Position numbers and translations under genes: made by a program. 64,000 nucleotides of DNA from NCBI GenBank assembly GCA_965644295.1, contig CBFFRP010000090.1, forward strand, positions 1 to 64,000. The letters are read 5' to 3'. The notes beneath the pieces were generated by a model. It saw nothing but the letters and a program-made list of their open reading frames with translations. It did no database searches and had not been told where the DNA came from. Position 1 is the stretch's first letter, and every line of letters starts with the position of its first letter. The stretch is from Paraphysomonas bandaiensis (taxonomy: Eukaryota; Protista; Chrysophyceae). Of this stretch, positions 39,334-52,288 are shown one piece after another.

Positions 39334-41702
39334 ATGGAGTGGGACGAAGCAAATGGCGTATGGAAGGGCAACATGGCCGCCTCTCATCTGTCCTCCTCCA
39401 TCCCCTCTCCTCTCTATATATTTGGTTATGGTTCATTGCTATGGCGTCCAGGTGATCTGCTCTCTCTCTATCCATCCTTCCCGTGTACATCCATGGGATT
39501 CACTCGTCTCTTCTCTCAGAGGAGTATGGATCATAGAGGAACAACAGCATTTCCCGGATATGTTGCCACTCTAGTCAATGACTCTCATCTTAAGAGCATC
39601 GGGTACTTAGAGCCCTCGGCGCCCCCATCTGAGTGTGTCGGTAATGTATTTCTAGTACCGGAGAGTGAAGCAGAGAAACTAATCGAAGAATTGGATTTCA
39701 GAGAGAAAGGAGGGTACCATCGCCATATTATTCCTGTCAAGTTTTTGCGTGCAACCCCACATCATAAGAAGGGTGAAACTGCGGATGCTTTAGTGTACAC
39801 TGGCTCCACTTGTAATCCCAATTTCTCACTGGATGTTAATGATTCTTCCTGGATGGATAAAGTTATAGAGATTATATCGGCGGCTACTGGACCATCAGGA
39901 GACGACGCACAGTACGTACTGAATCTTGCCGCGTATGTGCAATCTCAAGGGGTAACTGATTCTTACCTTTTTGACATTTCTCGGGGAGTGCTGAGGCGAA
40001 TGTGCTCGTGGAGAGCCCGAAGATTACTCCTGGCAGTGCGCGAACTAACTGACAACGATGGGGTGCAAAGTGATGCTGATGAGTTGGCGTATAGAGAGAG
40101 TGGGCAAATATTCGGTTGGGGATCTAATGAAAGCATGCAACTCGGCACACCAGCGGAGGGTGAAACTGATCGCGTGTTTTGTGCACGCCTTTTGGAAGGC
40201 GTTTCGCTCCCTATATCATACCCACGGGGAATTTCTCTTCCACATGGTGGGCGACAGGTTTATGCTGGGGGAGGACGGAGTGGATGCCAGGTTGGAGACC
40301 GCTTGTTCATGTGGGGTGAAGAATTGCTTCGTCCATCCACGGGTTGCTGGGAGTGGATCTGGCGGGCAGATGGAAAGGGAGTGCTGTCAATTACTCAAAT
40401 ATCTCCGCATAAAGTTATGCGCTCTGAAGAAAATGGGAAGGGAATTGTTGTTGTAGAGGGTGTACTAAGCGCTGCATTCGGTCATGGACATATCTTAATA
40501 CTCCGTCTAGATGGAAGCATGATAGCTGTAGGTGACGATTCCAAAGGGCAGTGCTCTGGCGGCTCATGCGGTTCTCTTAATATGTCATTGGATCCTGAAA
40601 CGGGCGCAAACTCTCCTGCTAGTTCTGGGCTTCCATGTATCCTGAAGCTCTCCGCAGGCTTGTGGCACTCGGCGGCTATTGTATCTGGGCATCTTTTCAC
40701 ATGGGGTGATGATGAGTCTTCACGTGTGCTGAATGCCCCCTGGGTCGCACCTGATATATCTTATAATACTGATGTCGATGGAGAAAATTGCTCCAGCAAA
40801 CACTGCGGAGTAGTACCGACTGTTGTGGACGTTGCATGTGGGGCGAAGCACACTGTCGTCATTGACAGTATCGGGCGGGTGTTCACTTTTGGTGACAATG
40901 GGTTCGGACAACTGGGGCGTCCTTTGCAAGATGGTGGGGATGTGAAGGGGAAACGAGGAAAGAGGGTGTGTCCGTACCCCACTGAAATTCAATGGAGAAT
41001 AGATGCTGAATTAGATCCTAGACAAGTGCGGTGGCAGAAGGTGACTACACTCATTGTCGGCTTGTCAACATGTGATGTCTTTGCTCTGCGTGTTTGTTGT
41101 ACCTATTTTGAATGCTCATAATACGTGTAGGTTGTATATATAATATTTTTGTTGTGATAACTGTGCATATTTTTACTGTTAATGGTATATGTTAGGTTAC
41201 TTGTGGTTGGAGCCATAGTATTATCAAAGGTGTTTCTCTGGATGGAATTCCAGTATTTGCCGGCTGGGGACGGGCTGATATGGGTCAGCTACCTGTCTGT
41301 CCCAGCAATATTGTTAACGAAAGAAAGAGTGTCCCTTTTCCATCTCTATTGACCACACCAGTCTTTGATATGGGAGGAGAGTTAGCGGAGGTCTGGTGCG
41401 GATCGGAATTCACCCTCGGCTGCTCAAATAGGGGAGAGCTATGGGGTGTAGGATGGAGTGAGCACGGCAATTTATCGTGTGGAAGGGACCTTCAGGAAAA
41501 TGGAACGATTCTTCAGCATCACAATAACTGGGTACGGACTGGAATGTTATTATCACCTGAAGAAGAAAATCAGCCGGAAGTGTGTAGCAGCAGTAGCTCC
41601 GTAAGCACCGTCAACACACACAAAGTAAAAGTTTGGGAGGGGAGCGTTGCATGTGGCGGCGCTCACTGTATTGCGATTTCTGGATGTATCGGTAATATAT
41701 AA
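39334..41702 (+). CDS. ChaC-family glutathione-specific gamma-glutamylcyclotransferase fused to RCC1 repeats (2 exons)
   Basis: ChaC motifs YIFGYGSLLW, QRSMDHRGT, LDFREKGGY and GPSG, then in the same ORF RCC1 motifs FGWGSNESMQLG, LSAGLWHS, VACGAKHT, TFGDNGFGQLG and VACGGAHC; intron 41041-41195. Confidence 0.88.
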
Positions 41703-41846
41703 TTGCTGCACTCAGTTCCTCTTGTTTTGGTTTGTATGTAGCATAACGCTTTTGTAAAGGACACATCACCAACCAATTCCAGTGACTGGCTGAAATCCCA
41801 CTATTTAAATAATTCGTATGCGTCAGTTAAAACGTTGACCTGACTA

Positions 41847-42092
41847 TTCCACATTGATCAAGAATTGGTGATCCTTTCATGTCTGCTCTGGTGGATTCAT
41901 CCGCTACCAAGTTGGATTTTGATTTGACATTCCTTAATAACACTATCTTTTGTTAATTTTTTGTCACAATTAGTGAATTGAAGTTAACAGAACCTATGGT
42001 TATTAAGTCAAGTGTATTCAAATTCCACTTGGTAGCGAATGAATTAAACAAAGAGGGCATGGAAGAATTTCTAGTCTTTGATCAATATGGAG
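41847..42092. mobile_element. Palindromic MITE, Tc1/mariner-like with TA flanks
   Basis: TA|TTCCACATTGATCAA...ATTCATCCGCTACCAAGTTGGA...TTAATAAC is mirrored by GTTATTAA...TCCACTTGGTAGCGAATGAAT...TTGATCAATATGGAG|TA. Confidence 0.75.
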
Positions 42093-42399
42093 TAGTTCTG
42101 CCACAAAATATGGATGACAAACAGTCTCGGCTTTGAACCTAACTCGGCATATTGTTCTCAAGTTCGATTACATTCTTAGATAGTTCTTACTTAGTGCTCA
42201 TTGTTTGCAAACGAGGCTACATATAATGAACTCGGTAGGATATAATTACATAATTACAAATAATATATTAATATTTACAACCTATTCTGGAAATTCACAT
42301 AGTATATCTACTTCGATGATTATTGTGAATACTTTCTTATCATTTGAATCACTACAACGGGAATAACTACATATTATTATGATTCTCTCATTCACGAAT

Positions 42400-42645
42400 A
42401 CCTCTTAACACCCTAGGACTCGCACCTTTTCGTGGTATTCTGGGATATATATATATATATCACCGGGAAACTAACGTGAGCCGCATATAGTCAGCATATA
42501 TTGTTCTACCCACTCATAGCCTAACTCTTGTGTGGTACAAGGGACACTTGTGTTTAGACGTCTTTGGGCCTTGACGAATAAACAGGCATCCAGGGTATTG
42601 AGCCGCCTTCTGAAGTCAAGTATCCGGGCTGTTCGCCTTAATGAT
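42400..42645 (-). repeat. Dispersed repeat family A, copy 2 (inverted)
   Basis: Reverse complement aligns to 63380-63655 (TTAAGG.GAACA.CCCGGAT.CTTGACTTCAG; GTCAAGGCCCAAAG; TGTCCCTTGTACCACACAAG; GGCTATGAGTGGG.AGAACAATAT). Confidence 0.85.
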
Positions 42646-42955
42646 AGAGAGCAAGGGATATCAGAATTAAGCACTAGTTATTGCTTTTTTAGTTCTGACT
42701 CCTACACGCCTATTGCTAATAACCAGACATTCACTATCTCTTATCTCTTAACGTATATCATACGCGTGAATAAAACAAGATACAATGAATTAATATTAGA
42801 CAAGCGAGTAGACCAGGTTTAATAAAACATATATCGATAGATCCACATTTACATAGCTTACGTGTATTCTTGCCATGAGTATTATTACGCGCACAAATTA
42901 CACATATTCTTTCTAATCACGAAGTTACCTACTACTTCGAATATAGGCCTGGCAT

Positions 42956-45900
42956 TCACTTCTTTGCATACATAATCTGGTCTTTCTTTGCGCCTACAAG
43001 TTTACCTGATGTTTTGTCGCGCGTGCCAACTGCAGCTTGTGCAGAGGCATGTCTTGCTAACTCCTGTGGCACATTGGCATTCGTTGACTCCAGGTATTGC
43101 TTAAGTTCAAAAAGAACGTCGGCATCCGCGTCTGTAATGAATGTAATTGCTGTACCAGACTTGCCCGCACGGCCAGTACGACCAATACGGTGACAGTAAT
43201 TTTCGATCTTGTTCGGCATATCGTAGTTGATAACATAGGTGACATCAGGGATATCAAGACCACGCCCAGCCACGTCAGTTGCCACAAGAACCTTAACGTC
43301 GCGCGTATAAACATCAACAATACAACTATAAGTGACGTTGGGATTACCTGAATATCCCCGGACCTAAAGAGCTCCAAGGTTTCTTCTCTCTGATCCTGAC
43401 TGCGTCCACCGTGCAACACACCACATCTGAAACCTGCAGTCTCAGCGTATCGTCCAACCACATCTCCCTGTTTCTTGGCGTTTACAAACACAATTGCCTT
43501 ATCGGTCTCTGTCAATCTGATTGTGCACATCATCAAATTCAATATAAGCAAAAGTGTTCACCACGAGAGATATCGCAACACACAATGAGAAAGGAACATG
43601 AATAATAGTATTCCTACTGGTATGTGTTCACATATTCATACCACACGAGTATCAACATACCTGCGCAGGTTTTCCATAAGTTTGTTCTTTTTCTGCCCTT
43701 CCGCAAGGAAAGAAACGTGCTGTTCTATGCGTTTATTCTTTCCGCTATCTTCGTCTCCGATCTTTATAACCGCAGGGTGACGAAGATACTGCCGAGCGAT
43801 ACGTTCCACTTCCGGTGGCATAGTGGCTGAAAACATAGCTGTAACACGATAGAGCGTGTCACCCCGTTTTGCGTGTTTGACCTATGAGTCATAATACAAT
43901 GAGGTACGATCGAATAGATACATTACAGAAGTTGTCGTTTACTATGTTATGATAAGACACAATACGGAGCATCAAAACGACTCTGAGCTCCATATTTACC
44001 TGTTCTTCTAATTCATTTTCGTCTTCGGACTTAAGTAGCCCACCCATAGCTTCCAACACCTGGACAACCTACATAAAAAAGTGGTCAGCATCAGACCTTT
44101 ACACGTCAGTACACTGATTGCTAGGTGATGACAGCATTGGCTAGGAGTAGGTGTCACCTGAGGTTCGAATCCCATATCAATCATTCGATCTGCCTGTTAA
44201 CCAATTACGCACATTAAGCGTACAAAGTATGTACTCTATGACCAGAATACCTCATCCAGAACAACGTAGTTGCACTGGTTCAGCACCAGATAGTTGCTCT
44301 CGATGCAGTCCACCATACGGCCTGGGGTTCCGATTACGATTTCTACACCTTTCCGCAATATGAATCCCTGCGCATAGACACATCAACAATTACGTCGCAC
44401 ACCTACATGCTACACACCTGCTCCTCAATACTCTGTCCACCCACGACACACACTGTCTCAAAAGATGTGAATTTAGCAAGCTTAATACATTCTTCCTGAA
44501 TTTGCTGCGCGAGCTCTCTGGTTGGGGCTAGAACAACCGCCAATGGTCCTAATATCAGCAAAATTACAAAAAGACTAACTATATCAAGAGATGGTACCTT
44601 CATCGCAACACCGCTTTATTTGGTGCTGGGGAAGATCAAGCATGTACTCGAGGAGTGGTATCAAGAAAGCCGCTGTTTTACCGGAACCAGTCTCTGCTAT
44701 GCCGATAATATCCCTTCTGTCCATTCCTACAATTAAAAGAAATCAAAAACGCACAAAAATAAATATGGTATAAAATAGTCCACTACTATCATTAAAAGTT
44801 TACCACTTATTGTCATGATAATATAAAAGCCGAACCTATAGGAATGGCTTGTCTCTGTATGGGTGAAGGTTTCTCATATCCCATGTACTCAATAGCCTTC
44901 ATTATCGGTACCGGAAAGCCCGCTTCATTCCAAAATCTGAGAGGGAGAGTAGCTCGACCACCTTGAATGCGAATATCAAAGTCCTCTCTAAATATGCGCC
45001 AGTCTCTCTCAGTCATCTTATCCAGTGGTTTGTTGGACCAGTGAGTGTCTTTGACGCTCGATTGCGCCTCCAGTTCTGCCGCCTGCCGCTGCTGGAGAGC
45101 TCGTGCAGCCTGCTCTCTTGCCCGCTCTCTCTGTTTTCTTTCGGAGGCCGTGAGTGTTTCGTCTTGCTCTTCTAGCCTTCGCTGCTCTGCCAAACGTCTC
45201 GACATAAGCTCAGATAGATAATTTGAGTCCTTTCTCTGCTCCCTCAGATCTATTCCAGCGATGTATCCCCGCCCATAGAGTGGATTGATCTTCACTCTGT
45301 TGTTGTAAAGCGGGTTTACATCATTCCGACCGGTGTCATCATTTTCTTCCCAATCGAACTGAAATATGCGCGAAAATTTCTCGGAGGGTTTTACGACCCG
45401 CTTTTTCTTTTCTTTAACGCCGAGGTAGTGATCGCGGATAGCTTTGACCTCATGCTCATGTTCCTCTGCGGCTTTGTTTTCTTCACGTTGCCGACGCAAT
45501 CTGCAAAATGAATATGAATGAGAAAATTGCACAAAAGAACAAGCGGTACGCTGCACATTATAGCATTATCACTACTGTGTATACAACGGAGCAACCTAAC
45601 CTCTCTTGTTCCTCTTTCTCCCTTTCTAGGTAAGCATTTCTACGGCGGTCCTCAAGAGCCTGTCCTGTCACAAACCGCTCATGTGCTATTTTTGCTTCTT
45701 TCATCTTCCTCTCCTCTTCCTCTCGCTTCTGTTGCAGTTTCTGTAATGCTAACTCCTCTCTCTGTTTCTTCGTTAAAAACTTCAGTTTAGGAGCCTCTGT
45801 ATTGTCAGTTTCATCGGATGTCTTTGCAGTTTCTTCTTTTTCTTGAAGAGGTTTCTTCACTGTGTCTCCATTCGACTGTTGTTTTCTCAGTAAAGCCTTA

Positions 45901-46040
45901 GCCTCAGCTCTAGCGGCTATCTCCGCCATTCTCTTGGCCTCCTGCTCTTCCTCCTCCGTCATTGGACGAGAGAATGATGAGACATCACTTGATTCAAACT
46001 CTTCTCGTCCTCGTTTACTACGAGAACCGTTCTCTGTCAT
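42956..46040 (-). CDS. DDX23: DEAD-box splicing helicase Prp28/DDX23 (multi-exon)
   Basis: [56 protein letters not shown]|[18 protein letters not shown] and [10 protein letters not shown] motifs. Confidence 0.95.
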
Positions 46041-46543
46041 TATAAGCTGCTGGGTTGGATGGGCTTGTTGCTCTAGGATGGTATGGAGATGGACGAGAAG
46101 TGCAGCTATCTTCTCTGCATACATACACACATATATGAATATGGATGTATGTATGTACAGTATGGACTGCTGTATGTGTATGTATATGTCTGTAGATTAT
46201 ATACTACATATACGTATACGTATACTACGCTATGACTACAGCAGTATGATTGTTCTAGACAATATGATATACTTCCTATATACTGCGATATACAGTGTAT
46301 TCCTTCCTGTATAACTTAACCATACATCTACGTGTAGGTGTGTATATGATACGGTGATACGGACTCTCTCAGTAGCTATGACTATCTATACATACATACA
46401 TACACATACAGCGCACAGGCCTATGAGGACTATCCTTAACACGCCCCAACATATCGTAAGATCCCACACTACTCCATACACAGATAATCTGCTATGAATA
46501 TTATACAGCACTAGTTGTGAGAGTATCAGAGAGATCATTGAGG

Positions 46544-48634
46544 ATGATAAGGGCCCCTGTACGTGTGTTACTATACCTATCAGTGTGTTGTTTGTGTCAC
46601 GCGGCTTCCAAGTCAAGCGATATAGAAATAGCAGCTCACATAGACACCTCCAGTGGTATTCCTCGCCCATCGTATCCTTGGGGCGGTGATTTTGAAGCAC
46701 ATCAGATGAGTATTCTGGATCGTCTGCGGGATAGTATGACTTTCAAAGTTCTAACGGATTATCTCCCAGCCGGCGAACTCATCCCAAGTAATCCTCTGCG
46801 ATTCACAAACTCAGAGGGTCAACAATTTGATTGCTACTCTCTTAAAGAAGAAGAGGAAGATCTTTCATCTGTTATTAGCGAATCGGGAATGCATGCGCTG
46901 GAGCGGTTCAAACAGACATGCACAATGTTCAGTGTGGGTTGGTGGAGTTACGAATGGTGCTACCAAAAAGAAGTCAGCCAATTTCACATTGAACCTAGAA
47001 AGGTCCGTGAGGCCCGACGGAACCCTATTTGGAGCCTTGGCATATATGAGCACAACGAGATATTGACTGATGCCGACGGGGTTATATCCGAGGTGGTGGA
47101 GTACTTTTCTGGGGGCCAAATATGCCACGAAAATGATATGCAAAGAAGCTCCGAGGTACCGAGTTCTTGCTGATACGTTCTAGTGTTGTTTGTACATGCA
47201 AGTGTATGTTTGTGTATGTAATCTTTTTATATCCGTTGCCGTTGTGGTATTCTTATGTTACTGTGACGCTTGTTTTCGCTGTCTCTAGGTGCACCTCACA
47301 TGCTGCGAGAAGAATATGCAGGAAACAAGGCGTCCGATTGACATACCAGCTGATCAGGTGGTGTGTTGTACAACTTTCATGCTATCTTCACATATATATT
47401 ACCCCTGTGACGATGTCGTTGTCGTTTCAGATAGCATCCCTGGATCGTGTAGTAGAACCGGACCTGTGCTACTACGAAATCCACCTATGCACCCCGCTTT
47501 TGTGCCCCGACGTTATGGTGAGCGCTAATATTATTCTAATTTGTGAATCACTACTTTACATTTGATTAATGAGCTCGAGTAATATTTGATATTCAGTTTG
47601 CGGAGTTGCCCCATAGAGTTAGGAACATTACCCTCGTGGAGTTTATGCAGAAGTTTAAAAGTACATGTCTTAAGAGACAGGTATTTTATATGCATTTTTA
47701 CATATCCTTTTAATCAAGTATGTGTATGCAGGAGCAATGGTGGTCATATGATGCATGTTTTGGGCCTCCGAAGTCAATGTCTCAGGAATTGGTCTCCAGA
47801 AAAAAACAGAAAAAGAGTCAAAAAGAGAAATCGGAGCTTCAAGAATTTACTTCAGGTGGACATATGTGTGATATATACGACACCCGGTTACTTCAATCGT
47901 ATTAGGTGCCAGGCAGTATAGGATGACAACAGTAGTTAGCCAATCAGGGAAGGCAGTGAAGCATATGCAGGTGTGTTTAGCTAATATGCGATTGTTGTCT
48001 TCTGATAAACAGCCGTAATGTTTTCTCAGTATATAGAGGCTGAATTTAGTTTGGGTGTACCTCCCTTGGAGATGTACGACAACGAGACTGCTCTACAGGA
48101 GGTATAATATTTATTACTACAGTACGTCTTTCCGTCCAAATAGTGATACTTTCTGTGTACAGGCGGTGGTACAGCCTCGGTCCCACCCTATAAAGCGCAC
48201 AACCCACGCACTTCCTTCTCTACAAATTGAGTTTACTGGAGGCAAAGCCTGTGATATCGAGGACGTCACACGAGGCAGCACGATGGAGATTACTTGCGGT
48301 TCAAGGTACGTTGATGGTTCATGTAGAATGTCCTGTGATTATACAATCGGCAGAGATGCTATTCAAGATATAATCGAGGATAAAACATGTCATTATGTTT
48401 TCAAGGTATGTGTATTTATCATTAAATTCATGTGGTATTTATCCATTATGTTCTTGGCAGATCACGTCGCGAGCCATTTGTGCTGTTCCCGGATTTGCGC
48501 CACCTCAAGAAATGGTGAGAATTTGTTGGCATTAGTGAAGACTTTTATTGTTGTCGTTATAGGTTTCAGATCTATATTGTGATCCAGTAGACGACGAAGT
48601 TGGTACTGTCAGAGAAACGGAGGATAATGATTGA
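46544..48634 (+). CDS. OS-9/erlectin-like ER lectin (PRKCSH/MRH domains, signal peptide)
   Basis: Hydrophobic N-terminus; GWWSYEWCYQKEVSQFH, GGQIC..RSSEV, VEPDLCYY..CTPLLC; second domain QWWSYDAC, GGKACDI..RGS, EDKTCHY. Confidence 0.88.
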
Positions 48635-48868
48635 GGGTTATATTATGTAACATATTACTTTAAGTATTATAGGATTAGTTGAAAATGACGTGAAAATAAC
48701 GAGTTAGATACTAATTCGATAATTAAAAATAATAAGATTCATATATTATTTGGCGTACAATATATTATATATTACCTGTTATTACTAGCCAGCTATCCAA
48801 GGTTGCGTACCAATTAATTGCCAACTACTACTTGCCGTCCTGGACCTGGTAACCATAAATGGAATGGG

Positions 48869-48960
48869 AGTCCAGTTCCCGGCAATTATAATGGCATTAT
48901 TGAAAAATGTCGCGGCAATTATAATGGCATTATTGAAAAATGTCCCGGCAATCATAATGG
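48869..48960. repeat. 33-bp tandem repeat (~2.5 copies) with a further copy at 49796-49839
   Basis: CGGCAATTATAATGGCATTATTGAAAAATGTC units start at 48880, 48913 and 48946; AGTCCAGTTCCCGGCAATTATAATGGCATTA recurs at 49796. Confidence 0.9.
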
Positions 48961-50380
48961 TTATTAATACCTAAGTAGATAATACCGCTCATATAGATAG
49001 TGTAGTGCTGCCTTAATTACTAATTTAGTGTAATAACAGACTGCGAATTCTAAATACTTCTCGCTCATCAGGATCTTCTTGCAGGACTTTATGGAGGGCA
49101 TAAGTATGTATTTGGCTTGTAGGAATAGCAAAGTTTCTAGATGATATGGGTTCATTCATCTACGCACAGGTGTCATAATCAACTTTGCACGAGTACAGAA
49201 ACTCTAAGCAACAGCATTAGATTGTGCTTTGATATGAAGCAAGCAGCGGTAGCTCGACTCCTAGGTACCAAGTCGAGCTCTCTTAGTGACATCGGTGCTG
49301 TTCAGTACACCCTGTGCAAAATGAGTGCCTGTACTTTTGTCGTGATTGCTGTCAGATTATAGCAAACTGGCATTCTTAAACGTCTTTAGCTCTGTCATCA
49401 AGGAATGCAAGTTTATGAAGGAAGATGACTTAGTGGTCCTGCGAATTCACTCGGAAGAAGACTCTGTACATTACTCAGCGTTTTTTACATGGTATAATTA
49501 TTTTGTTTAGTTGTGTACTACTGCAGCTTCTTTCAAGTTTGGTTAATATTTTTATGATTGTTTGTTTCTAAGTGAAATATGCATATTTTTAATGTGTTTT
49601 AAGAGTTTTTGAGTAAGAGTACGTTGTTATGTTGTTGCCCAGGAAACTATTTTCTAACGCTAATAACATTAAGTTTGCCGCTGATAATGAATAAAGTTCC
49701 ACATAGTAGCTGTAGAGTTGCATGAACATTGTTTAACATATTGTTTAGATTTCACTTAGTTCTATATACAGCATATATCATGTGCCATTAATGGTAGTCC
49801 AGTTCCCGGCAATTATAATGGCATTAATGAAAATGTCCCCTAACTTTATCATCCGACGAGAAATGTCCCTCATAATGTATATTGTAACTCCTATTCTAAT
49901 AGTACTGTACAATGCATGTTTGCAACTATTCGTCAAAAAATTGTCGACTATTTTAAGATATCAACTGTGAGTATCTATCCTTCGTAAAAAAAGGGCGAGC
50001 TGAAATGGTGAATTTGACAATGCAGTACATATCCCAGTTCTCAGTTCTTAAACCTGCCGGCCTGCAGAACGAGAAGCCTTCCAGTCAGAACTATCTAGAC
50101 AGATATAAATTTCGACATTCATTAAAGCTGGGTGATGGTACTAAACAGCAGTATCGTTTGTTTATTCCAGCATATTGCTCTGTGTGGGGTATATCCATAA
50201 TAACAGTAACTATTTTACATCTCTTTATCATGAAAATTATACAACTATTGAAACTGTTTTAAGCAGTAGAACGAAAAGAACTCGTGTGTATATGCAAATA
50301 ATTGTTATACTTATACTGTTCCGGTGCCAATTCTTCCACCACTGCAGCATAGTGAATGAGAGAAGCGTATATACACAGTG

Positions 50381-50623
50381 CTATTCCTTCTGACGCTGAT
50401 GCTCTCTCTCACACTCCTCAATTGCACTGTCTCGAAGCTGATGCTTGATGTCAAAGAACGGCCATGACAGATATCCTGAAACCCACTATGAGAGGAGTGC
50501 TCTGTAAGAGGGGCGGCACTTACCGTAGATGAAAGGAGCGCTGATTAATGCAGCTGCAAGCCACATCTTGCCTCTCTTACCAATAGCCTTATTCAAACTC
50601 ACATTAAACTTGTTTTCGTACAT
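50381..50623 (-). CDS. Putative 64-aa single-pass microprotein (2 exons)
   Basis: Exons 50623-50524 and 50475-50381 joined by a 48-bp GTAAGT...TTTCAG intron give MYENKFNVSLNKAIGKRGKMWLAAALISAPFIYGYLSWPFFDIKHQLRDSAIEECEREHQRQKE*. Confidence 0.6.
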
Positions 50624-52288
50624 TATCTTTCACTCATACGGGTGTATGTATAACTCTGTCAGTGTGTTTGTGTATGCATGAGATAGTAGCGATCAGTCAA
50701 TGAGTGAGTCGGTCAGTCGGTCAGTCGGTTGGTTGGTCAATCGATCAGTCGATCAGTGTGTGTGTGGGTGAGTTCCTTGCAGTGATTCAGAGGACTCTGA
50801 TTCATCATTCGAGTGTTCTTTTTCTCACTTCTTCAACATCATACTTCGGGTTGAGCCAATCACATGGCGTCAAGCGTATAGAAGTGTACAGTACCTCAAC
50901 AGAGGTATGAATTCTGCTATCCAGCATACACGTATTCTTCTATATGTATACAGTACTGGGTATACAACAGTGTACTTGGGTACCTGTATATTATGTGTAG
51001 TATACCTGTACACCAGTATAGAGGTACCACAGAGAGCTGCATATGTCATCCATGCAGATATCATGCAGATATCATCACCTCTACACTGCACCAGCTGGAT
51101 CTCTATTGGTTTGGATATTTCATAGTACTGCAGACGTTGATGGTATACCATACAGTCCAGTCGAGCATTATCTCTGAGAGGTACAGCGTATACAGGTCAC
51201 TGGTCATCTATCACAACACACACAGCCGTCACCTATGATTATAGCAGTGAACGCCTTGCTATGTGATAGTCTGTATATGTGGGCCCCTTCGAGGACTACA
51301 CTGTCATTAGTGCCCATACCCTCACTGAATATGTGACGAGATGTATGGTTTTTAACGATATTTAGTGCAGTTGGAACTCGTGTATATCAGCCGAACCGGG
51401 TGAAAAGTACCACTCAGTAGAAACAAAGAAAAAGTCGTTTGAGTGACATATGAGTGTATGAGTGGAACTTGCTACAGTATATACAGTTCTATGTAATGCA
51501 CAGTCGTTATTTACAGCACCATGAAGAACTACGATTCGGTAAATATGTTTTCTGTCCTATTTTATTAAATATCAATACATTTATTCGAAAAATAATCATC
51601 TCTAACATAGTATAATCATGACAGCTTCATCATGTATACCAGGTTTAGGCAACAATATATCGCAATACGATTGTTGGATTGTAAGATAGCGTCTCATCAA
51701 TAACGTTAGAGCACTTTCTTATGCATACTATCCATATTTATATTGATTACATACACTCATTATGCACTCACCACAGAGATCACTGGTGAAAGTAGAAGTA
51801 CCCATTCTGGTAAAAACTTCGTAAGAGTGTTCTGGACATCAGTATAAAACAGGGCCAGTCAAAAATATATTGGATTGCAATACATTGCAAATATTTATTT
51901 TTGCTTGCTACAACATATTGGCCTCGCAATATATTGATCTATATTACTCATGCTAGTGTGTCTTAGAAAATATACTAGATTAATCATAAACGACTCGTCA
52001 TATAAAATGCAGCAATTCTACACTGCCCCAATTAGTTGACCAACGACTAATGAAATATATTCGTAGTTAGATTACCGTTCATGCTACTAAAGGGTAGACG
52101 ACTAAAAGCCAATTTTATGTCCTGACCTCATAACTATACCCTTATGATGGCAAAATATCAAGTGACCTTGTTTCACAATTTATTATATTATATGTCATTG
52201 AAATTCAGACACTAGTATCCGGAAACATGTAAATTAGCATAATAGGGAAAGCATCTACAATTTACTTCTCGTATTTTGACGTATGACT

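Noticed and set aside
38137-39455. Three ~400-aa (MYVC)n ORFs
   Set aside because: Translation of the (TATG)n array; no evidence of coding function.
50745-51240. Possible minus-strand gene fragment (MLDSRIHT...EEVRKEHSNDESES)
   Set aside because: I could not build a consistent spliced model or recognise any homology.
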